This document shows positions 8,855-20,047 of a stretch of 64,000 bases of DNA, piece by piece. The stretch lies in IMG/VR virus record IMGVR_UViG_3300027833_000017; one strand, written 5' to 3'. The position numbers and the translations under genes were made by a program. The stretch comes from a virus. The notes beneath the pieces are model-generated. The model worked only from the letters and a program-made list of their open reading frames with translations. It was not told the origin of the DNA and ran no database searches. Each line of letters starts with the position of its first letter. Position 1 is the first letter of the stretch.

Positions 8855-10684
8855 ATGGCAGAATTAAAATTTTTAAGTACAATTAGAACGGGAGCAGAGT
8901 CTATTAAGGCTGATGCTAGAACTTATATTTCTAGGGTATACAATAGGGCTAACACTTTGTTTACTTTAGCTTCACCGTTTGCACAGATAATAAGTGTACT
9001 ATCAGAAATGATGGATCTTATTATGTATTATATTGAAGATTCTGTAGTAGAGCAAAACATATATACTGCACAACAACCGGAATCAATATATGGTATGGCA
9101 CGATTGACAGGTCATGATGCGACAAGAGGGTTTGCTTCTACTGGTGAAATTATATTTAGATGGAAGCCTGGTGCTGATATGGCAAAAATAGCAGGAAGTT
9201 TATTAAATATTAATGGTAGATCAGAAATTAAATTTGATGCTAACGGAATGACATATACTTTATTAAATTCTGTTGAATTATTTAAATTAGAAAAAACAAA
9301 TTATAACGCATTTAAAAGTGCAATAATTCAAGGTAAATTTGAATCACAAACCGTGACTTCTAACGGTGAAAAATTACAATCATTTAACATTAATACTGGT
9401 GGAATCACTGATCACAGTAAAGTTACCGTAAGTGTTAATGGTGAACAGTGGACGAAACATGAATCACTTTATGATCTGTTATCTGATGAGAAGGCGTATT
9501 TAATTAAAACAGGTATTAGCGGAGGTTTGGATCTTTATTTTGGAAATGGAAGTTTTGGAATGGTGCCACCTAATGGTGCTAGTATTAAAGTAGAATATGT
9601 AAAACATTCTGGAATTGCTGGTAATTTAGATGATTCACCTGATTTAACTATTAAGTGGGATGCAACTGGTTATGATTCTAATGGAACAGAACATGATTTA
9701 AATGAATTCTTAGATGTAACTGTTACATCATCTCCAAAAATGGGTAGCGATAGAGAGAATACTCAATTTACAAAAATAATGACACCACTTGCAAGTAAAT
9801 CATTTGTATTAGCTACACCCGATAACTATGAATACTTTCTGTCAAGATACAATATGTTCTCTTATATAGATGCATATAACACAACTGACGATCAATATTT
9901 AGATGACGATAATGTTATTTATATATTTGCAGTGCCAGATGTTAATAAGAAGTTAGCTAAAAATCAAGATTACTTTACTGTACCACAAGAAGAAATGTTC
10001 TTTGATCAAGGTGAGTATGATGCAATGTATAAGGTTTTAGAAGACAGTGGTCAACAAATGGTAACAACTGAAGTTGTTTTTGTTAGGCCGAAAATAAGAA
10101 AATATAGTATTGATATTAATATTAGATTCTTTGAAGGCTATACTAAGGATGAGATTTACACAGCGGTAAGAGAGAGAATGTCTACATACTTACTAAATAT
10201 AACGAGAAGAGATAAACTGCCTAAGTCTGATATTATTTATATCTTAGAAGAGGTTGCAGGTATTGACGCCGTGAATGTTAGATTTATTTCAGAGACGGAA
10301 GAGACTGCAAGAAGACTTGGTTATTATGAATCAATTACTACTACAGTAGTTCCACAAGAACCAGTAACATTGGAAACTGTAGGAAATGGAAAACAAAAAT
10401 ATGTTTTCTTTAAGAAAATAGAGGATGTAAAAGTGGTTCCAGTTGATGAAAATACTGTTATTCCTCCTAAGGTAAAAGGATTAGATCAATGGGGTGATAT
10501 TATAATGGAAAAAGAAGAAGTTGCTGTTTTTAGAGGCGGATGGTTAGATAGAGATGGTGACGTCATGGAAGACGATGTATTAATTAACGCTGAAGCTGCG
10601 GTAAGTATAAACTTTGAAGCAGATCCTGTACCTAGAACAATATACACTAGGGTACAAGCTGGAAATAGAAAGGCACTTAAATAA
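8855..10684 (+). CDS. baseplate wedge protein, gp6/J-like
   Basis: TAQQPESIYGMARLTGH, LYFGNGSFGMVPPNGASIKVEY and LATPDNYE follow the gp6 motif order. Confidence 0.8.
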   Translation: MAELKFLSTIRTGAESIKADARTYISRVYNRANTLFTLASPFAQIISVLSEMMDLIMYYIEDSVVEQNIYTAQQPESIYGMARLTGHDATRGFASTGEIIFRWKPGADMAKIAGSLLNINGRSEIKFDANGMTYTLLNSVELFKLEKTNYNAFKSAIIQGKFESQTVTSNGEKLQSFNINTGGITDHSKVTVSVNGEQWTKHESLYDLLSDEKAYLIKTGISGGLDLYFGNGSFGMVPPNGASIKVEYVKHSGIAGNLDDSPDLTIKWDATGYDSNGTEHDLNEFLDVTVTSSPKMGSDRENTQFTKIMTPLASKSFVLATPDNYEYFLSRYNMFSYIDAYNTTDDQYLDDDNVIYIFAVPDVNKKLAKNQDYFTVPQEEMFFDQGEYDAMYKVLEDSGQQMVTTEVVFVRPKIRKYSIDINIRFFEGYTKDEIYTAVRERMSTYLLNITRRDKLPKSDIIYILEEVAGIDAVNVRFISETEETARRLGYYESITTTVVPQEPVTLETVGNGKQKYVFFKKIEDVKVVPVDENTVIPPKVKGLDQWGDIIMEKEEVAVFRGGWLDRDGDVMEDDVLINAEAAVSINFEADPVPRTIYTRVQAGNRKALK

Positions 10685-10968
10685 TGGGTTTATTTACAAA
10701 TTTATTTAACTATAGACAACGTAGAAGATACGATTCTGTTAAATCTAGAAAGGATGATAGATTACATACGGGATTTAACTACGATGATGAGTTAGCTCCA
10801 GGGGAATTTATTAGCAGATCTTTGTCTGGTCACATTCAAAGAAATCAAACCATGCAACATTTTTTAATATTCTTAGATGACGCATTAAAGAATTTATTAA
10901 AAGGCGCAAGATATTTAAATAATTTTAAAAATTATACCGTTGACGAAAACACAAAGAAAACCAAATAA
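10684..10968 (+). CDS. small baseplate-region protein
   Basis: 94-aa ORF overlapping both neighbours through TAATG couplings. Confidence 0.55.
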   Translation: MGLFTNLFNYRQRRRYDSVKSRKDDRLHTGFNYDDELAPGEFISRSLSGHIQRNQTMQHFLIFLDDALKNLLKGARYLNNFKNYTVDENTKKTK

Positions 10969-13712
10969 TGTACGATAATTTAAGATTTTTTAAAGGATTA
11001 GAATATGATTTAAACTTCGTAAAGGATAACTCTGATGTTTATCAAGGAACCGTACATTTATCTGAGGTTTCTACTGGTTTATACGAAACTATTAATTTAT
11101 TTATATTAGAAGAGTGTGAATTATTCGGAGACCCTATTATAAATTTCCCAGTATCTGAAACACCAGACAACGATAAATTTATATTTGAATGGAGTGAAGA
11201 TACTAGATTTGGTAGTAAAGATATTACACTATATAATGTAGATCATTCTGGAAATCTTCCAGTAATTAAAGAGTTAAAATCTCAAACTATTGATCTAATA
11301 GATTTTAGTAAAGTTGCGGTATTCAATGACGGTACTAAAGCACTGTGGGAACAAGATAGTACAGCTATTCAAATTAATATAGCATTAAATTCATTAAAAG
11401 CTGGGCCACATGTTAGAAACTTACACGTTTATCATAGTGCGGCGGGTGTAAAAACACTTATAGCGGATATTGAAGTTTATGGTGAAGTAGTTGCTGAAGA
11501 TGAAAGAACTAAAATTCTTCTTCAAAATTTTGGGGCTACATTGGACGAATCTGATTTTATGTTATTCAAGGATCATGACATTAGTGAAATGTCACCTGAT
11601 TATAAATTACTGAATAAGAAAAGAAAGGAATTGCTTTTAGAATTACACAATATAAAACCATTTGTTGGTACATATAAAGCAATATTAAATGCAATAGATT
11701 TCTTTGGTTATGATAAAATAACATTAAAGGAATACTGGTTAAATGTTAATAATTCTGTTAAGAACTTTGGTAAATTATTTGCAGTTCCAGTTCCTAACTC
11801 GTCTGTTAGAGGTGAAAACACTAGAAAGAAATTAGCGTTTAAGCTTCCTTCTAGTACAATGAAAAAAACTAGTAAGTTTAGTCTTGTATACAGGTTAAAC
11901 GAGCCTAATGGAACGTTTGATCATTGGGATATTCCTAATGTTGATGAGGTTTTTGATTATACACCAGAAGAAGTACTTATTAAACTATATGGTTTAAAGG
12001 CAAAGTTACAAAAAGATTATTTACCACTTCAAGCAAAAATTATAGATATTACTGCTGAAGGAGATTATTTCGCTCAAAGAAATATAAACGTATGGAATAT
12101 TCAAAACGGTATTGATTTCTTTAGTGAAGGGCATAATATTAAGTTTAATGTATTTCCTAACGATAGACAGTTATTTATAGAAGACATGTCAATGGTCTTA
12201 AAACCATCGCTTGATCAAAATAATGATTCCAGTAATTATAATTTATTTTTAAATACTAAAAGTGGACAAGAGCATACGTTAACCCCAAATAATAGAACAG
12301 AATTAAAGAGTATATTTAGAGAGTTTTATGAAACATATCATAATCAAGAATTATATTCTTATAATCCTAATATTCCAATTGGATGTCCTGTATTATTAGA
12401 CGGTACAGAATCGTTTGATGATATTTGGGACGAGGCTAAATTTACTTGGGAAGATGCTCACAATCCAAATGATACATTGTTAGTTACATGGAATGATTGG
12501 TGGAAAACATGGGTTTATGAAATAGAGTGGATTGTTACAAGTAAAAATAAAGGGTATAACCAGACTTATAGAGGTGCGATAGATGATTATTTGATCCTTC
12601 CGTTGATATTACCGCATAATGACATATATACTGTCGAGATGAGAACATATGATCTCTTTGGACACAGATCTCATTATAGAATGAAAGATCTAATAGATGT
12701 AAAACTTAAAAATCTAGAATTATATGGCATATATAAGTGGCTAGAAGATGATTCATGGGATAATAAAGATTTGCCATGGCAAAAATCAGGTGGTTATTGG
12801 AATCAACCTCAAGATAATGTAACAACTATCGATGATGATATTGCTACTCTTTATTTAACATTAGACAGAGCCAATTACATTCATTTTGAAGAGGATCAAG
12901 GTGTTAGATTTTCAACTGTTAGTAGATATTTAGATATTTATTCTGAAACTGCATATAGTGAAACTACTGGACCATATACATGGGACGAATCAACTTTTGA
13001 TTGGAAAGACACTGAACATTTAGCGTGGCATTTCATGAGAGTTGGACCTGATTTAACTTCTAGTTTTAAAATAAACGATATACAACAAGGTGACACCTTA
13101 GTAATAACACACAAAGATCCAAAAACTGGAGAAATAAGCACAGGATCTCATCAAATAGTTAATGCTACGCCAACTACATTTAATGATGTAAACGGTTGGA
13201 CTCAAATAATGAATGAATTACAACAAAGTGAGGACTATGTTATTAGTAAATTTAATTATAATGCAATATTTGAAGATTCTGACGATAATGATGTAAGCGA
13301 TGTTTTTAAATTTATATTAGTTGTAGGAAAAGAATACTCAAAAACTTATGATTTTGAAGATGCTTCAATAATAAAAATTAATAATTCATCAAACGCTAAT
13401 ATTAGTGGTGAAATTCACGTACAACATTATAATCCAACATGGGACGACACCAGAGTATTTAATGATTATGCAGAGGTTGAAAGGTCTACACATGTTACGT
13501 TTTCAACAGATATTTCTAGATTTCCTGGAAGTAAAAATGCTAAATGGACTATCACAAATATAACTAACCCAAAAATCACTGATATATACTATAATAATAT
13601 GTGGCTTACATATATCTTTAAAGAACCTGGGTACTACAATATTCAGCTAGAAACTGAAGATACAAATGGAAATAAAAACCTTGTAAATAGGAACATGTTA
13701 AAAGTAAAATAA
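10968..13712 (+). CDS. baseplate wedge protein, gp7/I-like, with Trp repeats and a C-terminal PKD-like domain
   Basis: IKPFVGTYKAILNAIDFFGYDKITLKEYW resembles the gpI/gp7 KGT motif. YIFKEPGYYNIQLETED is PKD-like. Confidence 0.55.
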   Translation: MYDNLRFFKGLEYDLNFVKDNSDVYQGTVHLSEVSTGLYETINLFILEECELFGDPIINFPVSETPDNDKFIFEWSEDTRFGSKDITLYNVDHSGNLPVIKELKSQTIDLIDFSKVAVFNDGTKALWEQDSTAIQINIALNSLKAGPHVRNLHVYHSAAGVKTLIADIEVYGEVVAEDERTKILLQNFGATLDESDFMLFKDHDISEMSPDYKLLNKKRKELLLELHNIKPFVGTYKAILNAIDFFGYDKITLKEYWLNVNNSVKNFGKLFAVPVPNSSVRGENTRKKLAFKLPSSTMKKTSKFSLVYRLNEPNGTFDHWDIPNVDEVFDYTPEEVLIKLYGLKAKLQKDYLPLQAKIIDITAEGDYFAQRNINVWNIQNGIDFFSEGHNIKFNVFPNDRQLFIEDMSMVLKPSLDQNNDSSNYNLFLNTKSGQEHTLTPNNRTELKSIFREFYETYHNQELYSYNPNIPIGCPVLLDGTESFDDIWDEAKFTWEDAHNPNDTLLVTWNDWWKTWVYEIEWIVTSKNKGYNQTYRGAIDDYLILPLILPHNDIYTVEMRTYDLFGHRSHYRMKDLIDVKLKNLELYGIYKWLEDDSWDNKDLPWQKSGGYWNQPQDNVTTIDDDIATLYLTLDRANYIHFEEDQGVRFSTVSRYLDIYSETAYSETTGPYTWDESTFDWKDTEHLAWHFMRVGPDLTSSFKINDIQQGDTLVITHKDPKTGEISTGSHQIVNATPTTFNDVNGWTQIMNELQQSEDYVISKFNYNAIFEDSDDNDVSDVFKFILVVGKEYSKTYDFEDASIIKINNSSNANISGEIHVQHYNPTWDDTRVFNDYAEVERSTHVTFSTDISRFPGSKNAKWTITNITNPKITDIYYNNMWLTYIFKEPGYYNIQLETEDTNGNKNLVNRNMLKVK

Positions 13713-13726
13713 TAAAAACAATAAAA

Positions 13727-14293
13727 ATGGCAAACATTACTGAAATTTTAGGAACTGATTCAGTTTCTTCATCGAGACCGATCATCAATAGCAACTTTGA
13801 GTTGTTAAATGATGAGTTAGCATCTGTTACGGCCTTGTTAAACCCAACTACCTTAACTTTAAGTGGAATCGCTAGCGTATCTACTTCATCATTAACTGTT
13901 ACACAAAACGGTGCTAACTTATTGGTGGTAAATAATTTAGGTGCCGCGTTTAGCAATGCTGCAATTTTTAATTCATCCGTAAAAATAGATGGAGATTTAG
14001 TAAAAAGCGGAGTTTTAGGAACTGCTGCTACACCAACAACACAAGTTACACCAGTTTCAATAACTGCGGTTACTTACTTTATTGATAGTCACTTTACATT
14101 ACCGGAAGCGGCAGATGGACAAGAGGTAACAATTGTTAATGTTGACGGTAGTTCTAAATCAGTGTTATCTGGTACAGGAGCTACTTTAGGTGCTACATCA
14201 ATCACACTCGAAGGATTAAACTCAACAGTTACATTAAGATGTTTTGATAATAAATGGTATATCATCTCATCACACAACACAACAATAGTATAA
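13727..14293 (+). CDS. short tail fibre/baseplate appendage protein
   Basis: N-terminal ILGTDSVSSSRPIINSNFELL anchor motif. C-terminal TLPEAADGQEVTIVN...VTLRCFDNKWYII domain is typical of fibre tips. Confidence 0.6.
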   Translation: MANITEILGTDSVSSSRPIINSNFELLNDELASVTALLNPTTLTLSGIASVSTSSLTVTQNGANLLVVNNLGAAFSNAAIFNSSVKIDGDLVKSGVLGTAATPTTQVTPVSITAVTYFIDSHFTLPEAADGQEVTIVNVDGSSKSVLSGTGATLGATSITLEGLNSTVTLRCFDNKWYIISSHNTTIV

Positions 14294-14311
14294 ACAAAAC
14301 TTAAAGAATAG

Positions 14312-16249
14312 ATGGCAACTCCTCTAGTTAGAATACCGCAGCCAATGGGCGGCACAATGTATGCTTTCGCATCTTCTGCGAGAGACATGACTAGGGCTTT
14401 TAATAGTTCAGATTTAAATTTTGAGTTTAGTAAATACGCTTTATTAGATCTTCCAGATTTTACTGATTCTGTTAATGGTTCTAACACGATAGATTTTGAA
14501 TTAAATCTTAAACAACCTTCAGGTGATGGATATATTGCTGGAATGCCCAATGTGGATTTTGCACAAACATTCCAAAATTATGCACTTAACTTAGAAGAGC
14601 TGTTGTTAAAAGACGATGATTATGATCCAATAATATTGCAATCAGATTCTGAAAAGATATTTTTTAAGTGGTTAAGTTCTTTAGGTGCAGTAGATTTTAT
14701 TGCAGCTGATTCTAACCAAACACTTGTTGGTAATTATACCGAAAAAGTTAATGGTACATTTGCTAGTGATAACTATGATAGAGTTGTTAAATATTTAGGA
14801 ACAATAGATGCTGAAAATGATGTTGCATATCAAGGTAACACATATCATGAAGTCTATATTAATGTACCTACTTCAGTGGGTTATACTCCAACTGTTTTAT
14901 TTAAACCAACAAATTATAACACAACTGCAACAAAATTATACGCAAGTGATTATGTAGAGGGCAGAGAGGGACAAACACACCCTGATCCAAACATAAACAT
15001 GAATACTGTTGTTGATGAATATACGTCAAGCAGTGGAGCTTATTATAATATTCAAACTAATGCTACTAATAGCGTTGGAATTAATTTCGATGCAACTGCA
15101 TATGAAGAAATTAACAATGACGTTGAAGTAGAATCATTGTTAGATTTTGCTAAAAAAGGACAAAGGTTTACGTTTAATGCCATCCTTGTATACTATGATA
15201 TTTATAGCGAATCTATTTCTGCGAATAGAGCAACTAACTTATATGGAATATTAATTTTGGATGATATACAGGATGCTTATGGGCCTGGTTCTAAAATTAA
15301 CGAACAAATTAAATTTAAACCAAACGAAGTTACAGGTTTAAATGGTAATGCATTTTCTTTAAAATTAAATCTTAAATTTAATTCTTCATTAGATAATGTT
15401 GGTGTAGAAACAAGTGTAAATGATTTTACAACATTCTCTATGGATTTATTCATGGACACAACAACTGCCCTTGAAAATGCAACCGAATTATTAATACAAG
15501 CTAATAATAGATATGCTGCTATTGTAGAAAGATTAAATTCTATAGAAAATATTGTTTCTTCTACTGAAGACACAACTGCTTTATCAAAAAAGGTTAAAGT
15601 ATTAGAAGATGATTTTCAAAGTAGTTCTCTTCAATTAGCGGACTCAAATTCTCTTTTAGAATTAATAACTAAAGCACATGCTAAAATTAATTCTTTAATT
15701 GATGGGACTATTCCAGTAGAATTACAATACAACACAGATATTATATTTGCCGGAAAAGGTACAGAAGTTGATAAAACTATTCCTAATAAAATTAAAATTG
15801 ACAGCACAGTTGATGGTTATACACTAAATAGCCCATACCTGTGGAATATAGCAGCAAGAACAATCGCTACTAAATTATCTACAGCAACTCAATTTGATGC
15901 AGGAGTAGCGGGGAACGGATCTTCTAAATTTGCAATTTGGTCTAGACTTGAAGAGTTTTCAAACAGATTAAGTTTAAAAGGATTATTCTCATCTGAGCCT
16001 GAAAGTGACCTTAATATATACATTGACGATAGTTTAGTTTCGTGGAAAAACGGACAAACTTTCAAAATTACATTTGATGAAATAAATATGTCAGGAAATA
16101 ATATTAAATTTTGGACAAACTCAGTTGGAGGTTTTGATCAATTAATATTTAATGTTGACTCAACTCAATTAATAACAAATAAACCATATATTGAATTAGT
16201 GTGTATTGATTACGCTAACTATCAATTTGAAGCCGATATTTTAAGATAA
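14312..16249 (+). CDS. virion structural protein (baseplate/tail region)
   Basis: 645 aa with a central coiled coil, located in the structural operon. Confidence 0.55.
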   Translation: MATPLVRIPQPMGGTMYAFASSARDMTRAFNSSDLNFEFSKYALLDLPDFTDSVNGSNTIDFELNLKQPSGDGYIAGMPNVDFAQTFQNYALNLEELLLKDDDYDPIILQSDSEKIFFKWLSSLGAVDFIAADSNQTLVGNYTEKVNGTFASDNYDRVVKYLGTIDAENDVAYQGNTYHEVYINVPTSVGYTPTVLFKPTNYNTTATKLYASDYVEGREGQTHPDPNINMNTVVDEYTSSSGAYYNIQTNATNSVGINFDATAYEEINNDVEVESLLDFAKKGQRFTFNAILVYYDIYSESISANRATNLYGILILDDIQDAYGPGSKINEQIKFKPNEVTGLNGNAFSLKLNLKFNSSLDNVGVETSVNDFTTFSMDLFMDTTTALENATELLIQANNRYAAIVERLNSIENIVSSTEDTTALSKKVKVLEDDFQSSSLQLADSNSLLELITKAHAKINSLIDGTIPVELQYNTDIIFAGKGTEVDKTIPNKIKIDSTVDGYTLNSPYLWNIAARTIATKLSTATQFDAGVAGNGSSKFAIWSRLEEFSNRLSLKGLFSSEPESDLNIYIDDSLVSWKNGQTFKITFDEINMSGNNIKFWTNSVGGFDQLIFNVDSTQLITNKPYIELVCIDYANYQFEADILR

Positions 16250-16250
16250 T

Positions 16251-19200
16251 ATGAATACTAATAACTCTATTTCTAATTCGCTCAAGAAACTACTTGAAAT
16301 TAATTCAAATTCTTTAAAGACATTTGAAAGAATTAATGAGGCGATAACTACAGATCAAAAAGACGTACCTCTTGAATTACTAACTGAAGATGGAACCAAA
16401 ACGGTTTATGTGCCTTCATTTGGTTACATGAAAAGAGAATTAGAAAGATTAGATGTTAATTTAAAATCTTTAGCGGGTTTAGGAAAGGGAAATACTAGGA
16501 TTAAATTGCCAGATGGCACATATCAAAGTATTATTACAACACGATTAAAAACTCCTGCAAATGACATAACTAGTTTTGTTAGACCAGTTAATTTTGGTAC
16601 AAAACCTAATTATTTCTTTGAAGACTTTTTAAATCCTTTACTTACAACCAGTATTAATGTTAGTGGGCAAATTCCAAATGAAACTGAAAGAGTTTTAGTA
16701 AAACGAATTTTATTTGATTCTACAAGCGCAGTCACTGTTGAATATTTTAATACTAATTTTAAAAACAAAGAAAACCTAGACTATAACACTGTAATTAGAG
16801 ATATTGCAAATAATAGCCTAACATATATATTAGATGAAGATACTCGTGATCTTCCATATAGAACAGCACAATTTACTGGTAAATTCGATGTGTTAAAAAT
16901 TAGTAATTCTAAAAGAGAAGTTTTAGTTGATGGTGTTACTAAAAAGAAAGCTATAAAATTATATACGATAGATTCTTTAACGTACTCTGATTCTAACAAG
17001 GATCTAAAAGATACTGAAGCACTTAAAGTTGGAGATGAACTTATGGTTCAAAGCGGTGCTAGAAATACCAGGTATAAAATAACTAGAATTGATGGTTCGA
17101 CTAATCAGGTTGAACTATTAATAGTAGAAGGATATGAATCTATTAAGATTGGTGCTAATCAGCTGGGCATATATATAAACAATGAGGCTAACTTAAGCAT
17201 AGACATTAATGTAGGATTTAATGAAAGAACATTGGTTTTTGTTAAAGCCATAGATTCAGATTCTAAAATATTGGCTGAAAACTGGTCACCAGGCATTGGA
17301 TTTTATTCAAATGAATTAACATTAATTCAAGCCGATGGATCATCAATTAGATTAGATGATTATTACAAAGCGGAAGTTGCTGATTTTGGTAAATATATTA
17401 CTGCGCTTAAGGAAGATGCTATTCCTCCAGCTGCACAGGGTATTACGCCTGATGCACCTTCTTTAAATAATAATAACTTTAAAGTAGTTCAAATTAACTC
17501 TCACTTGACAGCTAATGATACTGCTGATAAAATCAAAAAGCTATCTGCTGATAAAATTAATGTAGAAGAAAAGATTAAGAAATTAGATGAAACTATTGTT
17601 AAGAAACGTTCTGAAATTTCTACTAAAAAATATGAATCTTCGATACAGCAGGATAAAGATAGAAATGAATTGAACTCACTTATTACAGAGAGAACTAGTG
17701 AAACTAGTTTATACAATAGTATCGTAAATCAAATTCAGTCATTAGCATCTGGAAGTAATGCTCCAAAAATTGCCCCTAAATATAGAGTTAGAGGTTTCTG
17801 GGAAATTCCAGTGGCAAAGAAAGTTGCTGATACATTGGATCAAAACATTGTGAGATTTGTTGTACAATATAGATATTTGTCAACTAGCGGAAAAGCAAGT
17901 GAAGTTACTCAACTGCCATTTACTGATGGAACAAGAGAAAAAACAGCAGTCTTTTCTAACTGGAATGAAATGGAAACTAAAGTTAGATCTAGATACAGAA
18001 ATTCTATCACTAGAAAATTTGAGTGGAAAGATAGTTTAGTAGAAGATGCACAAGAGGTAAACTTTAATCAATTAGATCTTGCAATTAACGAAGGTGAATT
18101 AGTTGAAATTAGAGTTAAATCAGTATCTGAAGCTGGATATCCTGCAAACCCAATATATTCTGATTGGTCAGAATCAATTACAATTGATTTTCCTATTACA
18201 GAAATTGACACTACTAACGTTGATGCATTGTTAATGTCAAACGCGGCTGAAACAGCGTCTGTTAAAATATCTCAAGAACTTACTTCTAAGGGTGTATTTA
18301 CACATATTGATGATTCATTTAGTGCTAATGAAAAATACTATGCACATAACGCAACATCAATTGCATCGGGATTCTTATCAGCTGAACAAAAACCTATCTC
18401 AGTATATGATAAAATTGCTGAGTTAGAATTACAAATTTCAGAACTTAAGGGTACTGTAGAAGTTGAAATAGGTGAATTAGTTGTTAAAATAATGGATGAA
18501 GACGGTACAGTTACCGTTATTAATAATAACACCAAAAACCAAATATTCGCTGGTTATTATACTGACGAGGTTGCGAGTCTTACTGTTAAAAAAGGACACA
18601 TTGTTACAAAGACATTTAAACTTCTATTAGAAAACACAAAAGCTACTAAACTTGAATTAGTTTCAAGATTAGTTGGAGATAGAAACTTGCCAGCATATAG
18701 ATCTAGTGCATCTGGTACTAGCATTGCTGATAATGGATTTGGTGTAAAATTAAATGATTTAGGAGTTGCTGATACAGATAACAAAATTTCGTCAGATAAT
18801 TATTATACATCTGAAGGTAAATATGATTTAGTTCCTATTCAGTTTCAAAACATAGACACCTCTTCTATTAATTCTTATGATTTATTAGCTGAAGCACCAT
18901 ATCAATCGGCTCAAAGACGTGGTCAATTTGTTTATTCTAGATTCATGGATGTTTCAAATCAAAATCCACTATATGTTACTGAATCATTACTTGGTAGTGG
19001 ACAGGCAAATTTTAATAGTTATGAATATGGTTTAGGATATGCTATATTTGAGGGTGATTCAAATGCAATCAGTATTAACCAACCAACTGGTAATGGTAAT
19101 TCAGTAGATTTTATCTGGACCGGAACGTTTGGCACACATAATAATTCTACAAATGCAGACTTAAGCGAAGGTTTTCAACCTGATAAAATAGATGTGTGTA

Positions 19201-19967
19201 GTATTGGAACTATAGGTGCTGCAAATTATAACAATGGCTTATATCTTCACAAGGACCATCCAGATTTAGAGAACATATATTCACATGTTTCTGAAACTGC
19301 ACCTAATTCAGGTAGTGTTTCTTTGGCAGATCAGAAAGCTAATTTACAAGATGTTGTAGATAATGCGCTTTATACAATGCCAATTACTTCTACATATGCA
19401 ACTGGAACAACATTTGTTTATAATAATCCACTGATAGGCTCAAGTTTTTCATCGCCGCTGGTGGATGCAGTTAAAGCTACAAAACAATTAGCGTTTCAAA
19501 AAACCACAGACGATTTTATTAAATCTGGAGATAGAACATTTAAAATGTCATTTGATGCAAATGATCAATTTCTTTTAGGTGGACGTTCATGCGCAGCATT
19601 CTTATTTTTGTCACCTATTAATTTAGATACTTTAAAGGTTGAAGGTGACGCTAAACAAAGCAGAAAAAGTATTAAAAAGAAAGTTGGTACTTTAGATAGT
19701 TCTAATGCTCTTTCAGTTGATATTATATTTCAGTATAGAATGACAGATTATTTTGGTAATGATCCTGATTCTGATATTGGTAGAGTAGGTGGTCAAGCTA
19801 AGTTAAGATTCCCAAATCTTACATACACTAAGAAAATAGGATTAGATATTTTTGACAAATATGATCAACAATTCTCATTTGATTTGGAAGTGTTTGCCAA
19901 ATATAGAGCTAAGGGTAAAAACTTAAATTCTATTAGAGCTGCGAAGCTAACTAGATTCGCTAGATAA
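16251..19967 (+). CDS. large virion structural protein
   Basis: 1238 aa with coiled-coil and FnIII-like (VEIRVKSVSEAGYP...SDWS) segments. Confidence 0.55.
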   Translation: MNTNNSISNSLKKLLEINSNSLKTFERINEAITTDQKDVPLELLTEDGTKTVYVPSFGYMKRELERLDVNLKSLAGLGKGNTRIKLPDGTYQSIITTRLKTPANDITSFVRPVNFGTKPNYFFEDFLNPLLTTSINVSGQIPNETERVLVKRILFDSTSAVTVEYFNTNFKNKENLDYNTVIRDIANNSLTYILDEDTRDLPYRTAQFTGKFDVLKISNSKREVLVDGVTKKKAIKLYTIDSLTYSDSNKDLKDTEALKVGDELMVQSGARNTRYKITRIDGSTNQVELLIVEGYESIKIGANQLGIYINNEANLSIDINVGFNERTLVFVKAIDSDSKILAENWSPGIGFYSNELTLIQADGSSIRLDDYYKAEVADFGKYITALKEDAIPPAAQGITPDAPSLNNNNFKVVQINSHLTANDTADKIKKLSADKINVEEKIKKLDETIVKKRSEISTKKYESSIQQDKDRNELNSLITERTSETSLYNSIVNQIQSLASGSNAPKIAPKYRVRGFWEIPVAKKVADTLDQNIVRFVVQYRYLSTSGKASEVTQLPFTDGTREKTAVFSNWNEMETKVRSRYRNSITRKFEWKDSLVEDAQEVNFNQLDLAINEGELVEIRVKSVSEAGYPANPIYSDWSESITIDFPITEIDTTNVDALLMSNAAETASVKISQELTSKGVFTHIDDSFSANEKYYAHNATSIASGFLSAEQKPISVYDKIAELELQISELKGTVEVEIGELVVKIMDEDGTVTVINNNTKNQIFAGYYTDEVASLTVKKGHIVTKTFKLLLENTKATKLELVSRLVGDRNLPAYRSSASGTSIADNGFGVKLNDLGVADTDNKISSDNYYTSEGKYDLVPIQFQNIDTSSINSYDLLAEAPYQSAQRRGQFVYSRFMDVSNQNPLYVTESLLGSGQANFNSYEYGLGYAIFEGDSNAISINQPTGNGNSVDFIWTGTFGTHNNSTNADLSEGFQPDKIDVCSIGTIGAANYNNGLYLHKDHPDLENIYSHVSETAPNSGSVSLADQKANLQDVVDNALYTMPITSTYATGTTFVYNNPLIGSSFSSPLVDAVKATKQLAFQKTTDDFIKSGDRTFKMSFDANDQFLLGGRSCAAFLFLSPINLDTLKVEGDAKQSRKSIKKKVGTLDSSNALSVDIIFQYRMTDYFGNDPDSDIGRVGGQAKLRFPNLTYTKKIGLDIFDKYDQQFSFDLEVFAKYRAKGKNLNSIRAAKLTRFAR

Positions 19968-20047
19968 ACCACGACATACGATAGTCTATAATAAATCTGG
20001 ATATATAATACAGACAAAAGTATTGTATGCAAAAAAGATTTTAATAG

